Origin: an uncultured Spirochaetaceae bacterium
GTDB taxonomy: Bacteria > Spirochaetota > Spirochaetia > SZUA-6 > DRHE01
DNA: 64,000 nt
Assembly (NCBI GenBank): GCA_964627715.1
Contig: CAZVHJ010000002.1
Coordinates: 14,109-78,108, forward strand
Direction of reading: 5' to 3'
Position 1 is the stretch's first letter, and each line of letters starts with the position of its first letter. The position numbers and the translations under genes were made by a program. This document shows, piece after piece, positions 28,414 through 37,820 of the stretch. Below the pieces are notes generated by a model, which saw only the letters and a program-made list of their open reading frames with translations, had not been told where the DNA came from and ran no database searches.

Positions 28414-30894
28414 GTGATTTTACTTCTACTCATTGGCGGGGCCGTGGTGCTTGCACTGCTGGCCTCGTTTCTCTACCTCCGTCACCGATTCCGACTTCCT
28501 CTTCCCCGGGTCAATGGGACGGCTGAAATCGCCGGATTGAAGGAACGGGTCGAGATCATCCGGGATCGCTGGGGTGTTCCTCATATCTACGCGGCCAATC
28601 TCGAGGATCTTTTCTTTGCTCAAGGGTACGTTCAGGCTCAGGATCGTCTCTGGCAGATGGAGCTGAACCGGCGTCTGGCCAAGGGGCAGCTGTCGGAAAT
28701 TTTCGGGAAGGAGGCCTTCGAGGCGGATCGCTTCGTGCGCACCGTCGGAATTGCCAGGTCCGGACGGAATGATCTTTCCTGTCTATCGGCTGAAAGTCGC
28801 TCCCTTCTCGACGTGTATACGGGAGGGGTGAACAGCTATATTGACGGGAACTCTAACAAATTACCCCTGGAGTTCACCCTTCTTGGATTTAAGCCCGAAC
28901 CATGGCAGCCGCTGGATACTCTGGCCTGGGTCAAAATGCAGGCCTGGCAGCTGTCAGCGAACTGGTCTACGGAGCTTCTCAACGCCGCTCTGGTCGGTAA
29001 GGTGGGCCCGGAACGAGCGGCACAACTGTTTGGCGGATATCCACAGGAAAATCCCGTGATTCTGGCCGATCAAACGGTAATCCAAGCGGCCGAACCGGTA
29101 CTCGACGCGTTCCGGAACGTGGAAGCCTGGTTCCCCGCCGATGCGCTGGCCGGGCGGAGCAACAACTGGACCGTTCGCGGGCGGAGGTCCGCGACGGGGA
29201 AAGCCCTGTTCGCCTATGATCCGCATCTTGGCTTGACCATGCCCTCCCTCTGGCACGCCTGTCATCTGGTTTGTCCGGAGCTCGAGGTCACCGGTGCGAC
29301 TTTTCCTGGTGTGCCGGGAGTCGTGGTCGGTCACAATGCGAACATCACCGTCGGGTTCACGACTTCCTTCGCCGACGTCCAGGATTTGTATCTGGAACGG
29401 TTCAACCCACAGGATCCGCTGGAGTATGAACATAACGGCAAGTGGCGAAAGGCCGAGCGAATCGTCGAGGAGATCCGGGTCAAAGGGGAAAAGGAACCCC
29501 GCCGGATCGAGGTAATCCTGACCCGCCACGGTCCCACGGTGGGCGGGCTGCTCCGTGTCGAATCCGGTGAGAAGAACCTCCGATTTGCCCTCCGCTGGGC
29601 GGGATCCGATGGTTCGGACCCGATCGCAGCGGTGTTGCGGATGGGCCAGGCCGGGAACTGGTCCGAGTTCTCTGCGGCCATGGCTCTGTGGGGCACGCCC
29701 TCCCAGAACGCTCTGTATGCGGATCGGCGGGGAAATATCGGGTATGCTCTCACGGGACGGATACCAATCCGAAAGAAGGGAATCGGCCTGACACCGGTCC
29801 CCGGATGGAGCGACGAGTATGAGTGGAAGGACTGGATTCCCTGGGAAGAGATGCCCCGGGAGTTCAATCCCAAACGGGGTTATTTGATTACAGCCAACAA
29901 CCAGGTCGTCGGCCGGGAGTATCCCTACTACATCGGTATCGGAACCGCCAACGGTAACCGAGCCGCGCGTATCGAGAAACTCCTTCTGGCCAAGGAGAAG
30001 CACTCCCTCGAAGATTTCGCCCGCATGCAGGTCGATCTTCACTCCGAGCCTGGGCGGCGCTTCGCCGCGCTGGTAACCTCCCTGGCCGGGGGAATCCTGA
30101 AGCAGGGAGTATTGACCTCCGATCGGTCCATAGCAGGGGCTGCTTTAGAGCTGCTCAAGGGCTGGCGGGGGGAGATGACTTCCGATTCTGCTGCAGCGGC
30201 TGTATACGCGGTCAGTGAATACTACACCAAACGTACCGTGTTCGAGCCGTGGCTCGGGGATCTGACGGATTTCTACTGCGGCAGCGGATTGCACGCCTTC
30301 AGCTCGATCTCCTTTTATCTGGAGTACAGCCATCTGGTTCTTCTTGACATACTGGAACAAGACGACGGCGGCTGGCTGACGAGTCCGGACGGACAGAGAA
30401 GGAGCAGGGAACAGGTGCTCGCGGCGGCGTTGAGCAACGCACTACGCTTCTTGTCCCGGCAGGGTGGAGGGAATCCCTCCAAGTGGAAATATGGTAGCTT
30501 CCACAAGGCCTGGTTCAAACATCCCATCGGCAGCCGGAAACCCTTCGGCCTGATCTTCAATCTCAAACCGATACCCTACGGAGGGAGCGCAGACACGGTC
30601 TGGCAGAGTCCTCCGCTGCGTACGGTGCCTCCTCGAGAGGGCGGCAGCTATAGCGCCAGCTGGCGCCATCTCGTCGATTTTGCCGATCTGGAGAAAGCCC
30701 TGTCGGTTCATCCGACCGGGCAGTCCGGTCATCCCGCCAGCAGACACTACAAAGATCTGATGCCCCTCTGGAGTACGGGACAATACCATCCGATGCTCTG
30801 GAGCCGGAAGCGGGTCGAGGCCGAGGCGGAAGCCCGGCTGGTGTTGGAGCCGGCCGCTGCCGATCAATCCTTGAACGAGAATAACGGGCTCTAG
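28414..30894 (+). CDS. penicillin amidase / acyl-homoserine-lactone acylase family Ntn hydrolase (peptidase S45)
   Basis: Alpha and beta chains in one precursor with N-terminal nucleophile context GRSNNWTVRG (Ser-Asn at the predicted beta-chain start); 826 aa; N-terminal TM/signal. 29 nt after the giant gene. Confidence 0.85.
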   Translation: MILLLLIGGAVVLALLASFLYLRHRFRLPLPRVNGTAEIAGLKERVEIIRDRWGVPHIYAANLEDLFFAQGYVQAQDRLWQMELNRRLAKGQLSEIFGKEAFEADRFVRTVGIARSGRNDLSCLSAESRSLLDVYTGGVNSYIDGNSNKLPLEFTLLGFKPEPWQPLDTLAWVKMQAWQLSANWSTELLNAALVGKVGPERAAQLFGGYPQENPVILADQTVIQAAEPVLDAFRNVEAWFPADALAGRSNNWTVRGRRSATGKALFAYDPHLGLTMPSLWHACHLVCPELEVTGATFPGVPGVVVGHNANITVGFTTSFADVQDLYLERFNPQDPLEYEHNGKWRKAERIVEEIRVKGEKEPRRIEVILTRHGPTVGGLLRVESGEKNLRFALRWAGSDGSDPIAAVLRMGQAGNWSEFSAAMALWGTPSQNALYADRRGNIGYALTGRIPIRKKGIGLTPVPGWSDEYEWKDWIPWEEMPREFNPKRGYLITANNQVVGREYPYYIGIGTANGNRAARIEKLLLAKEKHSLEDFARMQVDLHSEPGRRFAALVTSLAGGILKQGVLTSDRSIAGAALELLKGWRGEMTSDSAAAAVYAVSEYYTKRTVFEPWLGDLTDFYCGSGLHAFSSISFYLEYSHLVLLDILEQDDGGWLTSPDGQRRSREQVLAAALSNALRFLSRQGGGNPSKWKYGSFHKAWFKHPIGSRKPFGLIFNLKPIPYGGSADTVWQSPPLRTVPPREGGSYSASWRHLVDFADLEKALSVHPTGQSGHPASRHYKDLMPLWSTGQYHPMLWSRKRVEAEAEARLVLEPAAADQSLNENNGL

Positions 30895-30920
30895 AAAACC
30901 TTCCCCAAGATAGAATTTTT

Positions 30921-30988
30921 TCTTTTTTCCCTTGCCAAACTTGTATTATTGTACTAAACTTATATTGTATTATAACATTAATACAATT
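30921..30988 (+). promoter_or_regulatory. sigma70-like promoter (TTGCCA-17-TAAACT) overlapping repeated TTGTATTA half-sites, including a perfect palindrome ATTGTATTA-N6-TAATACAAT (30964-30987). Candidate YtrA/GntR operator.
   Basis: Seen directly: three copies of TTGTATTA (30931, 30965, and inverted at 30979-30987) in the AT-rich intergenic region just upstream of the GntR gene. Confidence 0.5.
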
Positions 30989-31074
30989 ATGAGCGAGCGA
31001 TTGAGAAAATGCTGGAATTGGTCACCCGGGGGGTCGTCCGGATGCTCGACCTCCCCGTCGCAGATGGAGGCGTT

Positions 31075-31464
31075 GTGGAATCGACATTGAGGTTCTCTTT
31101 AGACGCGACCAACGGCGTACCCTTCTACAAGCAGATCATCCTTCAGGTGGAGATGGCGATTGCCGACGGGCGGGTGAACACGGGAGATCAGCTGCCTACC
31201 GTGCGCAGTCTGGCCGTGGACCTGCAGGTCAATCCCAACACCGTGGCTCGAGCCTACAGCGAGCTGGAGATTCGGGGAATCGTCAACACCCAGCAGGGTA
31301 CGGGAACCTTTATCAGCGATCAGAAGGTCGAGATCTCCGATGTAGAGCGGGAGAAGATCATGGCCGAGATTACCCGGTCCTTCATCAGCCACGCCGCTTC
31401 CTACGGTTTCACCTTAGAGGAAATCAGCTCCTATCTCAGCGAATTAAAGAGAGGAGGGACGTAA
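31075..31464 (+). CDS. GntR-family (YtrA-subfamily) transcriptional repressor
   Basis: GVPFYKQIILQVEMAIADGRVNTGDQLPTVRSLAVDLQVNPNTVARAYSELEIRGIVNTQQGTGTFI is the GntR winged-HTH; short C-terminal domain typical of YtrA. Probable GTG start at 31075 with GGAGG 4 nt upstream (the annotated ATG at 31009 adds an atypical 22-aa extension). Confidence 0.75.
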   Translation: MESTLRFSLDATNGVPFYKQIILQVEMAIADGRVNTGDQLPTVRSLAVDLQVNPNTVARAYSELEIRGIVNTQQGTGTFISDQKVEISDVEREKIMAEITRSFISHAASYGFTLEEISSYLSELKRGGT

Positions 31465-31468
31465 AACC

Positions 31469-32533
31469 ATGTATCGAATCAAAGCCTTTGATCGAATTCG
31501 CAACCTCCCCCGGGCCGCTGTGCCCCGGGATTTTCGATTGAATCCTGTATCCCTGTTGATCCTGGCGCTGTTCCTGGGGGCGGGGGTTATCTGGCAGCTC
31601 GCCGCCGGTCTAAGCGCCCCGTCGATCGAGCTGGTCTACATCACCGGGCAGGTGATCTTCAGCGGGGTCCTGCTGCTGCTGCTCCCTTCTTGGGCTTTGG
31701 TGCTGGTATTGATCGCCGGCCTGTGGATCGGCATGTTCGCCCGCTACGCAGGGACTATGTTCCCCCTTGCCTTGATGATCAGCGCGGGCTATCTCTCCGC
31801 CCCCATCGTTCAGATGGCCCACCACTGGGAGAAGGCGGTGATCCTGCGGCTCGGGAAGTACCACAGGCTGCGGGGCCCGGGAATCTTTTTGATCTTTCCC
31901 TTCATCGACAGGGTGACTCGATTCGTGGACACCCGCATCCGGGCCACTGACTTCAGCGCCGAAAAGACCATTACCATGGACACCGTGCCGGTTCACGTGG
32001 ATGCACTGTGCTTCTGGATGATCTGGGACGCCACCAAGGCGATTCTCGAGGTTGAAAACTTCCTCGAAGCGGTTGTCCTGTCCGCCCAGACCGCCCTTCG
32101 GGACGCTATCGGCCGCCACGATCTTGCCGATCTTCTGGCCGAGCGGGAACGGATCGGCAAGGAGATCCAGCAAGCCCTGGACCGCAAGACCAATCCCTGG
32201 GGCATCACCATTCTCTCGATCGAGTTCACGGATATCGTGATCCCCAAAGAACTGGAGGACGCCATGTCCAAGCGCGCTCAGGCCGAGCGGGAGCGCCAGT
32301 CCCGGGTCATCCTGGGAACGGCGGAGATTGAGATCTCGGATAAGTTCGTCGAGGCTGCCAAGCGCTACAAGGAGGATCCCACCGCCCTGCACCTGCGGGG
32401 GATGAACATGATCTACGAGGGGATCAAGCAGCGGGGCACCATCGTTCTGCTTCCCTCCGGCAGCCTCTCCTCCATGTCCCTCGGCTCGCTGCTGGACGAG
32501 AAAAATACGGAAAACAAGGGAGTCAAGCAATGA
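31469..32533 (+). CDS. SPFH/band-7 (stomatin/prohibitin-like) membrane protein with an about 115-aa polytopic N-terminal region
   Basis: SPFH core AVILRLGKYHRLRGPGIFLIFPFIDRV...DTVPVHVDALCFWMIWDATKAI... followed by a coiled-coil region; 3-4 predicted N-terminal TM helices; GAGGAGGGA RBS. Confidence 0.75.
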   Translation: MYRIKAFDRIRNLPRAAVPRDFRLNPVSLLILALFLGAGVIWQLAAGLSAPSIELVYITGQVIFSGVLLLLLPSWALVLVLIAGLWIGMFARYAGTMFPLALMISAGYLSAPIVQMAHHWEKAVILRLGKYHRLRGPGIFLIFPFIDRVTRFVDTRIRATDFSAEKTITMDTVPVHVDALCFWMIWDATKAILEVENFLEAVVLSAQTALRDAIGRHDLADLLAERERIGKEIQQALDRKTNPWGITILSIEFTDIVIPKELEDAMSKRAQAERERQSRVILGTAEIEISDKFVEAAKRYKEDPTALHLRGMNMIYEGIKQRGTIVLLPSGSLSSMSLGSLLDEKNTENKGVKQ

Positions 32534-33213
32534 TAAAGGTAGAGAACGTAACCAAAGACTACACCGTGGGGCAGACGGTGGTCCACGCCCTGCGGGGAGT
32601 GACGTTGAACATCGAGAAAGGGGAGTTTCTGTCCATCGCCGGACCTTCCGGCTCGGGCAAAACGACCCTGCTCAACCTGATCGGCTGTCTGGACAAGGCA
32701 ACTACCGGGGAGATCTACATCGTCGGAGAGGCGGTTTCCTCCAAGAATAAGAAGGAACTGGCCCTTCTGCGCCGGCAGCGGCTGGGCTTCGTGTTTCAGT
32801 CCTTCAACCTCATACCTGTACTCACTGCCTACGAGAACGTCTCCTTCGCCCTGTCCCTGCTCGGGATCAACGGCAACGAGATCAAGGAGCGTACCTACGG
32901 AATCCTGGAGGAGGTGGGGCTGAAGGGAATGGAAACCCGGCTTCCCGGTGAGCTTTCCGGCGGGCAGCAGCAGCGAGTGGCCGTGGCCCGGGCCCTGATC
33001 AAAGAACCGGACATGGTGCTGGCCGACGAACCCACGGCCAACCTGGACTCGGATACCGGTCGGGAGATTCTCGATCTGATGGTGGAACTGAACGAGAAAC
33101 ACGGGACAACTTTTGTTTTTTCTACCCACGATCAAATGGTGATGGACTACGCCCGACGGCTGGTGAAGCTGCACGATGGCGAGATAACCAGTGATGATAG
33201 GAGGGGATCATGA
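32530..33213 (+). CDS. ABC transporter ATP-binding protein (MacB/LolD/FtsE-type)
   Basis: Walker A GPSGSGKTTLLN, signature LSGGQQQRVAVARAL, Walker B MVLADEPTANLD; ATGA overlap with the SPFH gene. Confidence 0.9.
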   Translation: MIKVENVTKDYTVGQTVVHALRGVTLNIEKGEFLSIAGPSGSGKTTLLNLIGCLDKATTGEIYIVGEAVSSKNKKELALLRRQRLGFVFQSFNLIPVLTAYENVSFALSLLGINGNEIKERTYGILEEVGLKGMETRLPGELSGGQQQRVAVARALIKEPDMVLADEPTANLDSDTGREILDLMVELNEKHGTTFVFSTHDQMVMDYARRLVKLHDGEITSDDRRGS

Positions 33214-34442
33214 GCTTTCTGATTTCTCTGGCCTGGAAAAATCTTTCCCGCTACCGACGAAGAACCCTGATCACCTCTGGAGCGCTGGCCGTAGGGCTAA
33301 TCTTCTTCATCTTTTTGGACGGTTGGCTGCAGGGGGCGGAACGGGAATCGGAACGGAATATTATCTGGTATGAATCCGGATCCGCCAAAGTGATGACCAG
33401 CGGATATCTGGAGGACCTCAAGAGCATGCCCCTCAAGCACGCCATCCAAGATCCCGCTGCTGTGGAGCAGGCCCTGGAAGGAGCCGGTGTAACCACCACC
33501 CGGCGCACGGTTTTTGCCGGAGAGATCTTCTACGGCGAAGGTTCGCTGTACGTCAAAGTCGTGGCACTGGATCCCCAAACCGATGAGACGATCTACCGGC
33601 TGTCCGAAACCGTGGCTCAGGGTAGATATCTGAAAGAGGGAGATCAGGGCGTCCTCCTGGGAGAGTGGTTGGCCCAGGACCTGGGAGTCGAGGTGGGGGA
33701 GGAGATCACCATCCGCACCCGTACCCGCTATGGAGCTTTTCAAACCCTCGATCTGATGGTGGTCGGGGTGTTGAACAGCCCCAATCCTGTGATCAACAAG
33801 GGCACCGCCTTCATCCCATTAGTCCTGGCCGATGAGGCCCTGGAGATGGGTGGGGCGGTTACTGAGCTCACCCTGTTCTTTCCGGAATGGCAGAATCCCG
33901 AAGACAAGATCGTGAGCCTGCAGGAGCGGCTCTCCGCACTGCCCGGACTCACCGTGGAGAGCTGGAAAGATCTGGCCCGGGATTTCCTGATGATCGCCCA
34001 GGCCAAGAGCGCCGGCAGCGGTGTCTTGCTCATCCTGGTGTTCATTATCGCCGCGGTGGGCATCTCCAACACGATGCTCATGGCGGTCTACGAGCGGGTG
34101 CGGGAGATCGGCATGATGCGGGCCATGGGCATGAAGGACGGCGCCATCCGGGTGGCCTTTCTCTTCGAAGCCGGCGGAATCGGACTGATCGGCGCGGTGA
34201 TCGGGGTAGGATTGGGTGTGATTGCCAACTGGCTCATGGTCAGGTGGGGTATCGATATGAGCGCTCTGATGGGGCATATGGATATCGGCTACCGGGTGAC
34301 CGGTGTGTTCCGCAGCGCCTGGCACCCTCAGGCCATTGTGGGCGGATTTGTTTTCGGAGTGATCGCCGCCATGCTCTTCTCCATCATCCCCTCTTCCCGG
34401 GCGCTGAAGATGCAGATCACCGACTGCCTGCGCTACGAATAA
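33210..34442 (+). CDS. FtsX/MacB-family ABC transporter permease (4 TM plus large periplasmic domain)
   Basis: N-terminus LAWKNLSRYRRRTLITSGALAVGLIFFIF typical of FtsX/MacB permeases; C-terminal three-TM bundle; overlaps the ATPase stop. Confidence 0.85.
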   Translation: MSFLISLAWKNLSRYRRRTLITSGALAVGLIFFIFLDGWLQGAERESERNIIWYESGSAKVMTSGYLEDLKSMPLKHAIQDPAAVEQALEGAGVTTTRRTVFAGEIFYGEGSLYVKVVALDPQTDETIYRLSETVAQGRYLKEGDQGVLLGEWLAQDLGVEVGEEITIRTRTRYGAFQTLDLMVVGVLNSPNPVINKGTAFIPLVLADEALEMGGAVTELTLFFPEWQNPEDKIVSLQERLSALPGLTVESWKDLARDFLMIAQAKSAGSGVLLILVFIIAAVGISNTMLMAVYERVREIGMMRAMGMKDGAIRVAFLFEAGGIGLIGAVIGVGLGVIANWLMVRWGIDMSALMGHMDIGYRVTGVFRSAWHPQAIVGGFVFGVIAAMLFSIIPSSRALKMQITDCLRYE

Positions 34443-34458
34443 ACTCGAGGAGTGATCA

Positions 34459-35691
34459 ATGAAATTGGCAAAAATAGCCTTCAGGAATATCCGCCGCAAC
34501 AGGCGCCGCAGCCTGCTCTCCGGCACGGCCATCGCCGTGGCTACCATGGCCATCACCTTCCTGTTCTCCTACATCGCCGGCTTTCTGGGCGACTATGAGT
34601 CCAATGTGGTACGCTACATGACCGGTCATGTTCGCATACGCCACGTGGAGTACGATGAGAACGAGCAGCTCAATCCGCTGCACCTCAGCGTGGCCGACTA
34701 TGAGGAAGTGGTGCGGAAACTGGAGGCCGAAGACGGGGTAGTGGCGGTGGTACCGCGAACTCGCTTTTTCACAGCCATCTACAGAAACGACCAGACTTTC
34801 GGTGGGATAGGACTTGGTGTGGATTTCGAGCGTGAACAGCAGATGATGCGCATCCAGGACTCCCTGGAGCAGGGCCGTCTCCCACGGGCCGGAGAGAGGG
34901 AGATGTTGCTGTCCGCCGGTCTGGCCCAGGAGCTGGACCTGGAGGTGAACGAGAAAATCACCCTGCTCACCAAGAACAAGTACATGGGCATGTCCGGAAT
35001 GACCTTTTTGGTGACCGGAATCGTCCACTTCCAGGTGGCCGGGTTCAACGAGAGTTTCTTCCTCATGCCTATAGATACGGCCGCTCGCTTTCTGAAGATG
35101 GACAATGAGGCCACTGAAGTACTGGTCATGCTGGAGGATTCCAAGAGGGCCGACGCCTTTGTCGAGAGAACCGGCGGCATCCTCTCGAATCTGGGCCGGA
35201 ACGATCTCTCCGTTCAGGCCTGGACCAAGGTGGGCATTATCTACGGGATGATGCAGTACGCCCAGAATATCTACGACATATTCGCCCTGGTCTTCTTCCT
35301 GCTGGCTTCAACGGTCATCGTTAATACCACCATGATGGTGATCTACGAACGCATGCGGGAGATCGGTACCGTAGCCGCCATGGGCATGACCCCCCGGGAG
35401 ATCGTGCGTCTGTTCTTTCTGGAAGCCTTCTATATCGGGGCCATCGCCGCCTTTGTCGGGGTTCTCATAGGTGTAGCGATCACCCTCCCTCTGGCCAGAA
35501 CGGGGATTGATGTTGGTGGAATCATGGAAGGGGTGGACATGGAAATCAGCTCGGTGTTGTATCCCCGGCTGAACATCCGTTCCACGATATTCGTTTTCTT
35601 CTACGCCACGCTTATCGCCTCGCTGGCTTCGCTGATCCCCTCCAGAAGGGCGGCCAAGATCGAGCCGGTGGAGGCATTGCGGGCGGTCTAG
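34459..35691 (+). CDS. FtsX/MacB-family ABC transporter permease (second copy)
   Basis: N-terminus IAFRNIRRNRRRSLLSGTAIAVATMAI, periplasmic domain, C-terminal TM bundle; paralogous to the upstream gene. Confidence 0.85.
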   Translation: MKLAKIAFRNIRRNRRRSLLSGTAIAVATMAITFLFSYIAGFLGDYESNVVRYMTGHVRIRHVEYDENEQLNPLHLSVADYEEVVRKLEAEDGVVAVVPRTRFFTAIYRNDQTFGGIGLGVDFEREQQMMRIQDSLEQGRLPRAGEREMLLSAGLAQELDLEVNEKITLLTKNKYMGMSGMTFLVTGIVHFQVAGFNESFFLMPIDTAARFLKMDNEATEVLVMLEDSKRADAFVERTGGILSNLGRNDLSVQAWTKVGIIYGMMQYAQNIYDIFALVFFLLASTVIVNTTMMVIYERMREIGTVAAMGMTPREIVRLFFLEAFYIGAIAAFVGVLIGVAITLPLARTGIDVGGIMEGVDMEISSVLYPRLNIRSTIFVFFYATLIASLASLIPSRRAAKIEPVEALRAV

Positions 35692-35710
35692 GAGCACAAG
35701 GAGATTTGCT

Positions 35711-36448
35711 ATGAGACGTATGTTTTTACTGATACTAACCTTCGGGCTGGCCACAGCTCTGAATGTATCGGCGATCACCGCCGAGGAAATCATCGCCGCG
35801 GTGGAGGGTAACGAGATAAACGAGGCGGAACGGATCGAAGGATCGATGACCATCAGCGATCGATTCGGTTCCCGTGTGAAGACCTTTGTCAGCTACGCAT
35901 CCGGGGCCGACAAGATGCTGCTGGAGTTTACCAACCCGGAGGAGAGGGGGCAAAAGATCCTGCGCCTCGAAGACGAGATCTACCTGTACTTTCCCGAGGC
36001 CGAGGAGGTCATTCACCTCCAGGGTTCGGCTCTCAAGGAATCGGTGATGGGTTCGGATTTTTCCTACGAAGACCTGACCGGGGAAGGGGAGCTCCTCGAT
36101 CTCTACGATGTCACCCTTATGGGGGAAGAGAATATCGACGGACGCAAGCACTATCACCTCGAGCTCAAGGCTAAAAAACGGGGAGTCGCCTACCCGAAGC
36201 AGGAAGCCTGGGTCGATGCGGAGTACTGGGTGATATCCCGGGCCAACGCCTATTCCCTGTCGGGGCGATTGCTCAAGAAGATGGAGATGGGGGATATCCG
36301 CAAGATCGCCGGGAAGTATGTGCCCCACTACGCGATCATGCGGGATGCGATGAAGAAGAACTCCTCCACGGAGATGCGGATCGAGGCGATCGACCTGGAT
36401 GCGGACCTGCCGGCGGATATCTTCAGCCTCGAGGAGCTGACATGGTGA
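35711..36448 (+). CDS. LolA-like outer-membrane lipoprotein-sorting / periplasmic carrier protein
   Basis: Signal peptide MRRMFLLILTFGLATALNVSA; LolA-like unclosed beta-barrel family sequence pattern (KMLLEFTNPEERGQKILRLEDEIYLYFPEAEEVIHLQGSALKESVMGSDFSYEDL). Confidence 0.7.
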   Translation: MRRMFLLILTFGLATALNVSAITAEEIIAAVEGNEINEAERIEGSMTISDRFGSRVKTFVSYASGADKMLLEFTNPEERGQKILRLEDEIYLYFPEAEEVIHLQGSALKESVMGSDFSYEDLTGEGELLDLYDVTLMGEENIDGRKHYHLELKAKKRGVAYPKQEAWVDAEYWVISRANAYSLSGRLLKKMEMGDIRKIAGKYVPHYAIMRDAMKKNSSTEMRIEAIDLDADLPADIFSLEELTW

Positions 36449-37575
36449 GGCCGGCCGACCTGCGATACTCGGGGATAGCTGTACTGTTGATACTCGCCGC
36501 AGTTACTGTGCTCCCTGTGAACCTCAACGCCGAAGTAGCCTCCTCGGTAACCGTCTCCGGTTATACTTCGGTCCTGCGATCCGGAAACTCTGCGGAACTA
36601 CTGGCGGTGGCGAAGAGCAGCCTCGATATGAAATCCGTGGGAAACGAAAATGTGAAGGGCTATTTCCAGCTCGATTCCTTTATTGCCGATTCGTTCGGTA
36701 TCGATGTTCCACGGGCCTACCTCAAAATACGATTCCCCTGGTTTCGGATGACTCTCGGGAAGACCCGGGTCTCCTGGGGGGACGGGTTCGTGTTCAACGC
36801 CGGGGATGTTATTTTCGGCAGTATGGGTTTGATCTCTGGGGATCTATCGGCGGAAACGCTCCGAAGCGAAACGGGGTGGCTGGGGGCGCTGTACCTGCCC
36901 CTAGGCGCCTTCTCCTTTCTGGAAGCGGTGGTCTTCCCCTACCCGATGCCCGGTCCTGAAGGTACGTTCACCGATGACCTCTTGGTTTTGAAAGACACCA
37001 TTCCCTTTCACGAGTTGGCCGGAGGAGCCCGAGGGGCGTTCAAGCTCGGCAGTACAACCCTGGAGGCCGGCTACTTCGCCTCCGGGCGGGAGGCGGAGCA
37101 CCGGCCGTACATCAGCCTGCACGGCCACCTGCTGGTGGACTGGAACCTTTCCGCTTCTATGGCCATTCCCATGTTCAGTCCGCAGTGGCGGATGTGGAAT
37201 GAATGGGTGGCGATCTCCGCGGGGCTGTTTCATTTCGTCAATCTCGGCGGGAGCAGAAGCCTGTCGCTTCGTCTAGAGGCGGCCATTCATCCCGGCGCCG
37301 ATTGGATAGAGAACTCCAGCGGTACGGATTACGGCATATTTCTGTTCCCGGAGATCGCCTTTTCTCCAACCGATACGTTGTCCCTACAGCTGCGAATCCT
37401 GGTGTCGCCGGTGGATCTGTCCGCTCTTACCGTGGCCGGCGTGAACTGGAACATCTACCAGGGGCTGGATGTTTTCAGTTATCTGTCCTTGATGGCCGGA
37501 GATTCGGACGATTTGTACAGCTGGGATGGCTACGCCGGCCTGAGCTGGACCGCCGGATTGGAGTTCCTCTATTAG
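36442..37575 (+). CDS. putative outer-membrane beta-barrel protein (secreted, beta-strand rich, C-terminal aromatic beta-signal)
   Basis: N-terminal signal-like hydrophobic segment, alternating hydrophobic pattern throughout, C-terminus ...GLSWTAGLEFLY ends in an aromatic residue with hydrophobic residues at -2/-4; GAGGAG RBS; 7-nt overlap with the LolA-like gene. Confidence 0.5.
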   Translation: MVRPADLRYSGIAVLLILAAVTVLPVNLNAEVASSVTVSGYTSVLRSGNSAELLAVAKSSLDMKSVGNENVKGYFQLDSFIADSFGIDVPRAYLKIRFPWFRMTLGKTRVSWGDGFVFNAGDVIFGSMGLISGDLSAETLRSETGWLGALYLPLGAFSFLEAVVFPYPMPGPEGTFTDDLLVLKDTIPFHELAGGARGAFKLGSTTLEAGYFASGREAEHRPYISLHGHLLVDWNLSASMAIPMFSPQWRMWNEWVAISAGLFHFVNLGGSRSLSLRLEAAIHPGADWIENSSGTDYGIFLFPEIAFSPTDTLSLQLRILVSPVDLSALTVAGVNWNIYQGLDVFSYLSLMAGDSDDLYSWDGYAGLSWTAGLEFLY

Positions 37576-37820
37576 GTACACAGAGTAGGTGGCAAAGATA
37601 GCTTTAGAGGATTCAAAAGAAATCAAAATCAAGTGCGGAAAAAATAAGTAAAGATCGTAATTAGACATTCTCTCTTCGTAGCGTTAGTAGTCAGTTCTTC
37701 TCTTGACTATGCATCTTAAGTAACTAAATCAAAAGCCTTTAAAAAGACACTTGACAAAGTCCATATATAATGGCAAACTAATGCAAAGTAACTATCCGGA
37801 AAGGAGGCGTTCCCCTGTCT

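Noticed and set aside
33819-34556. 245-aa minus-strand and 191-aa plus-strand alternative ORFs inside the FtsX permease gene
   Set aside because: His/Arg/Gly-rich translations typical of off-frame GC-rich sequence. The permease frame is well supported.
37576-37820. Looked for a TPP or other riboswitch in the 245-bp AT-rich leader of the PotBC-like transporter
   Set aside because: No CUGAGA/ACCUGAUCUGG-type TPP core or other recognisable riboswitch consensus; more likely just promoter/UTR.
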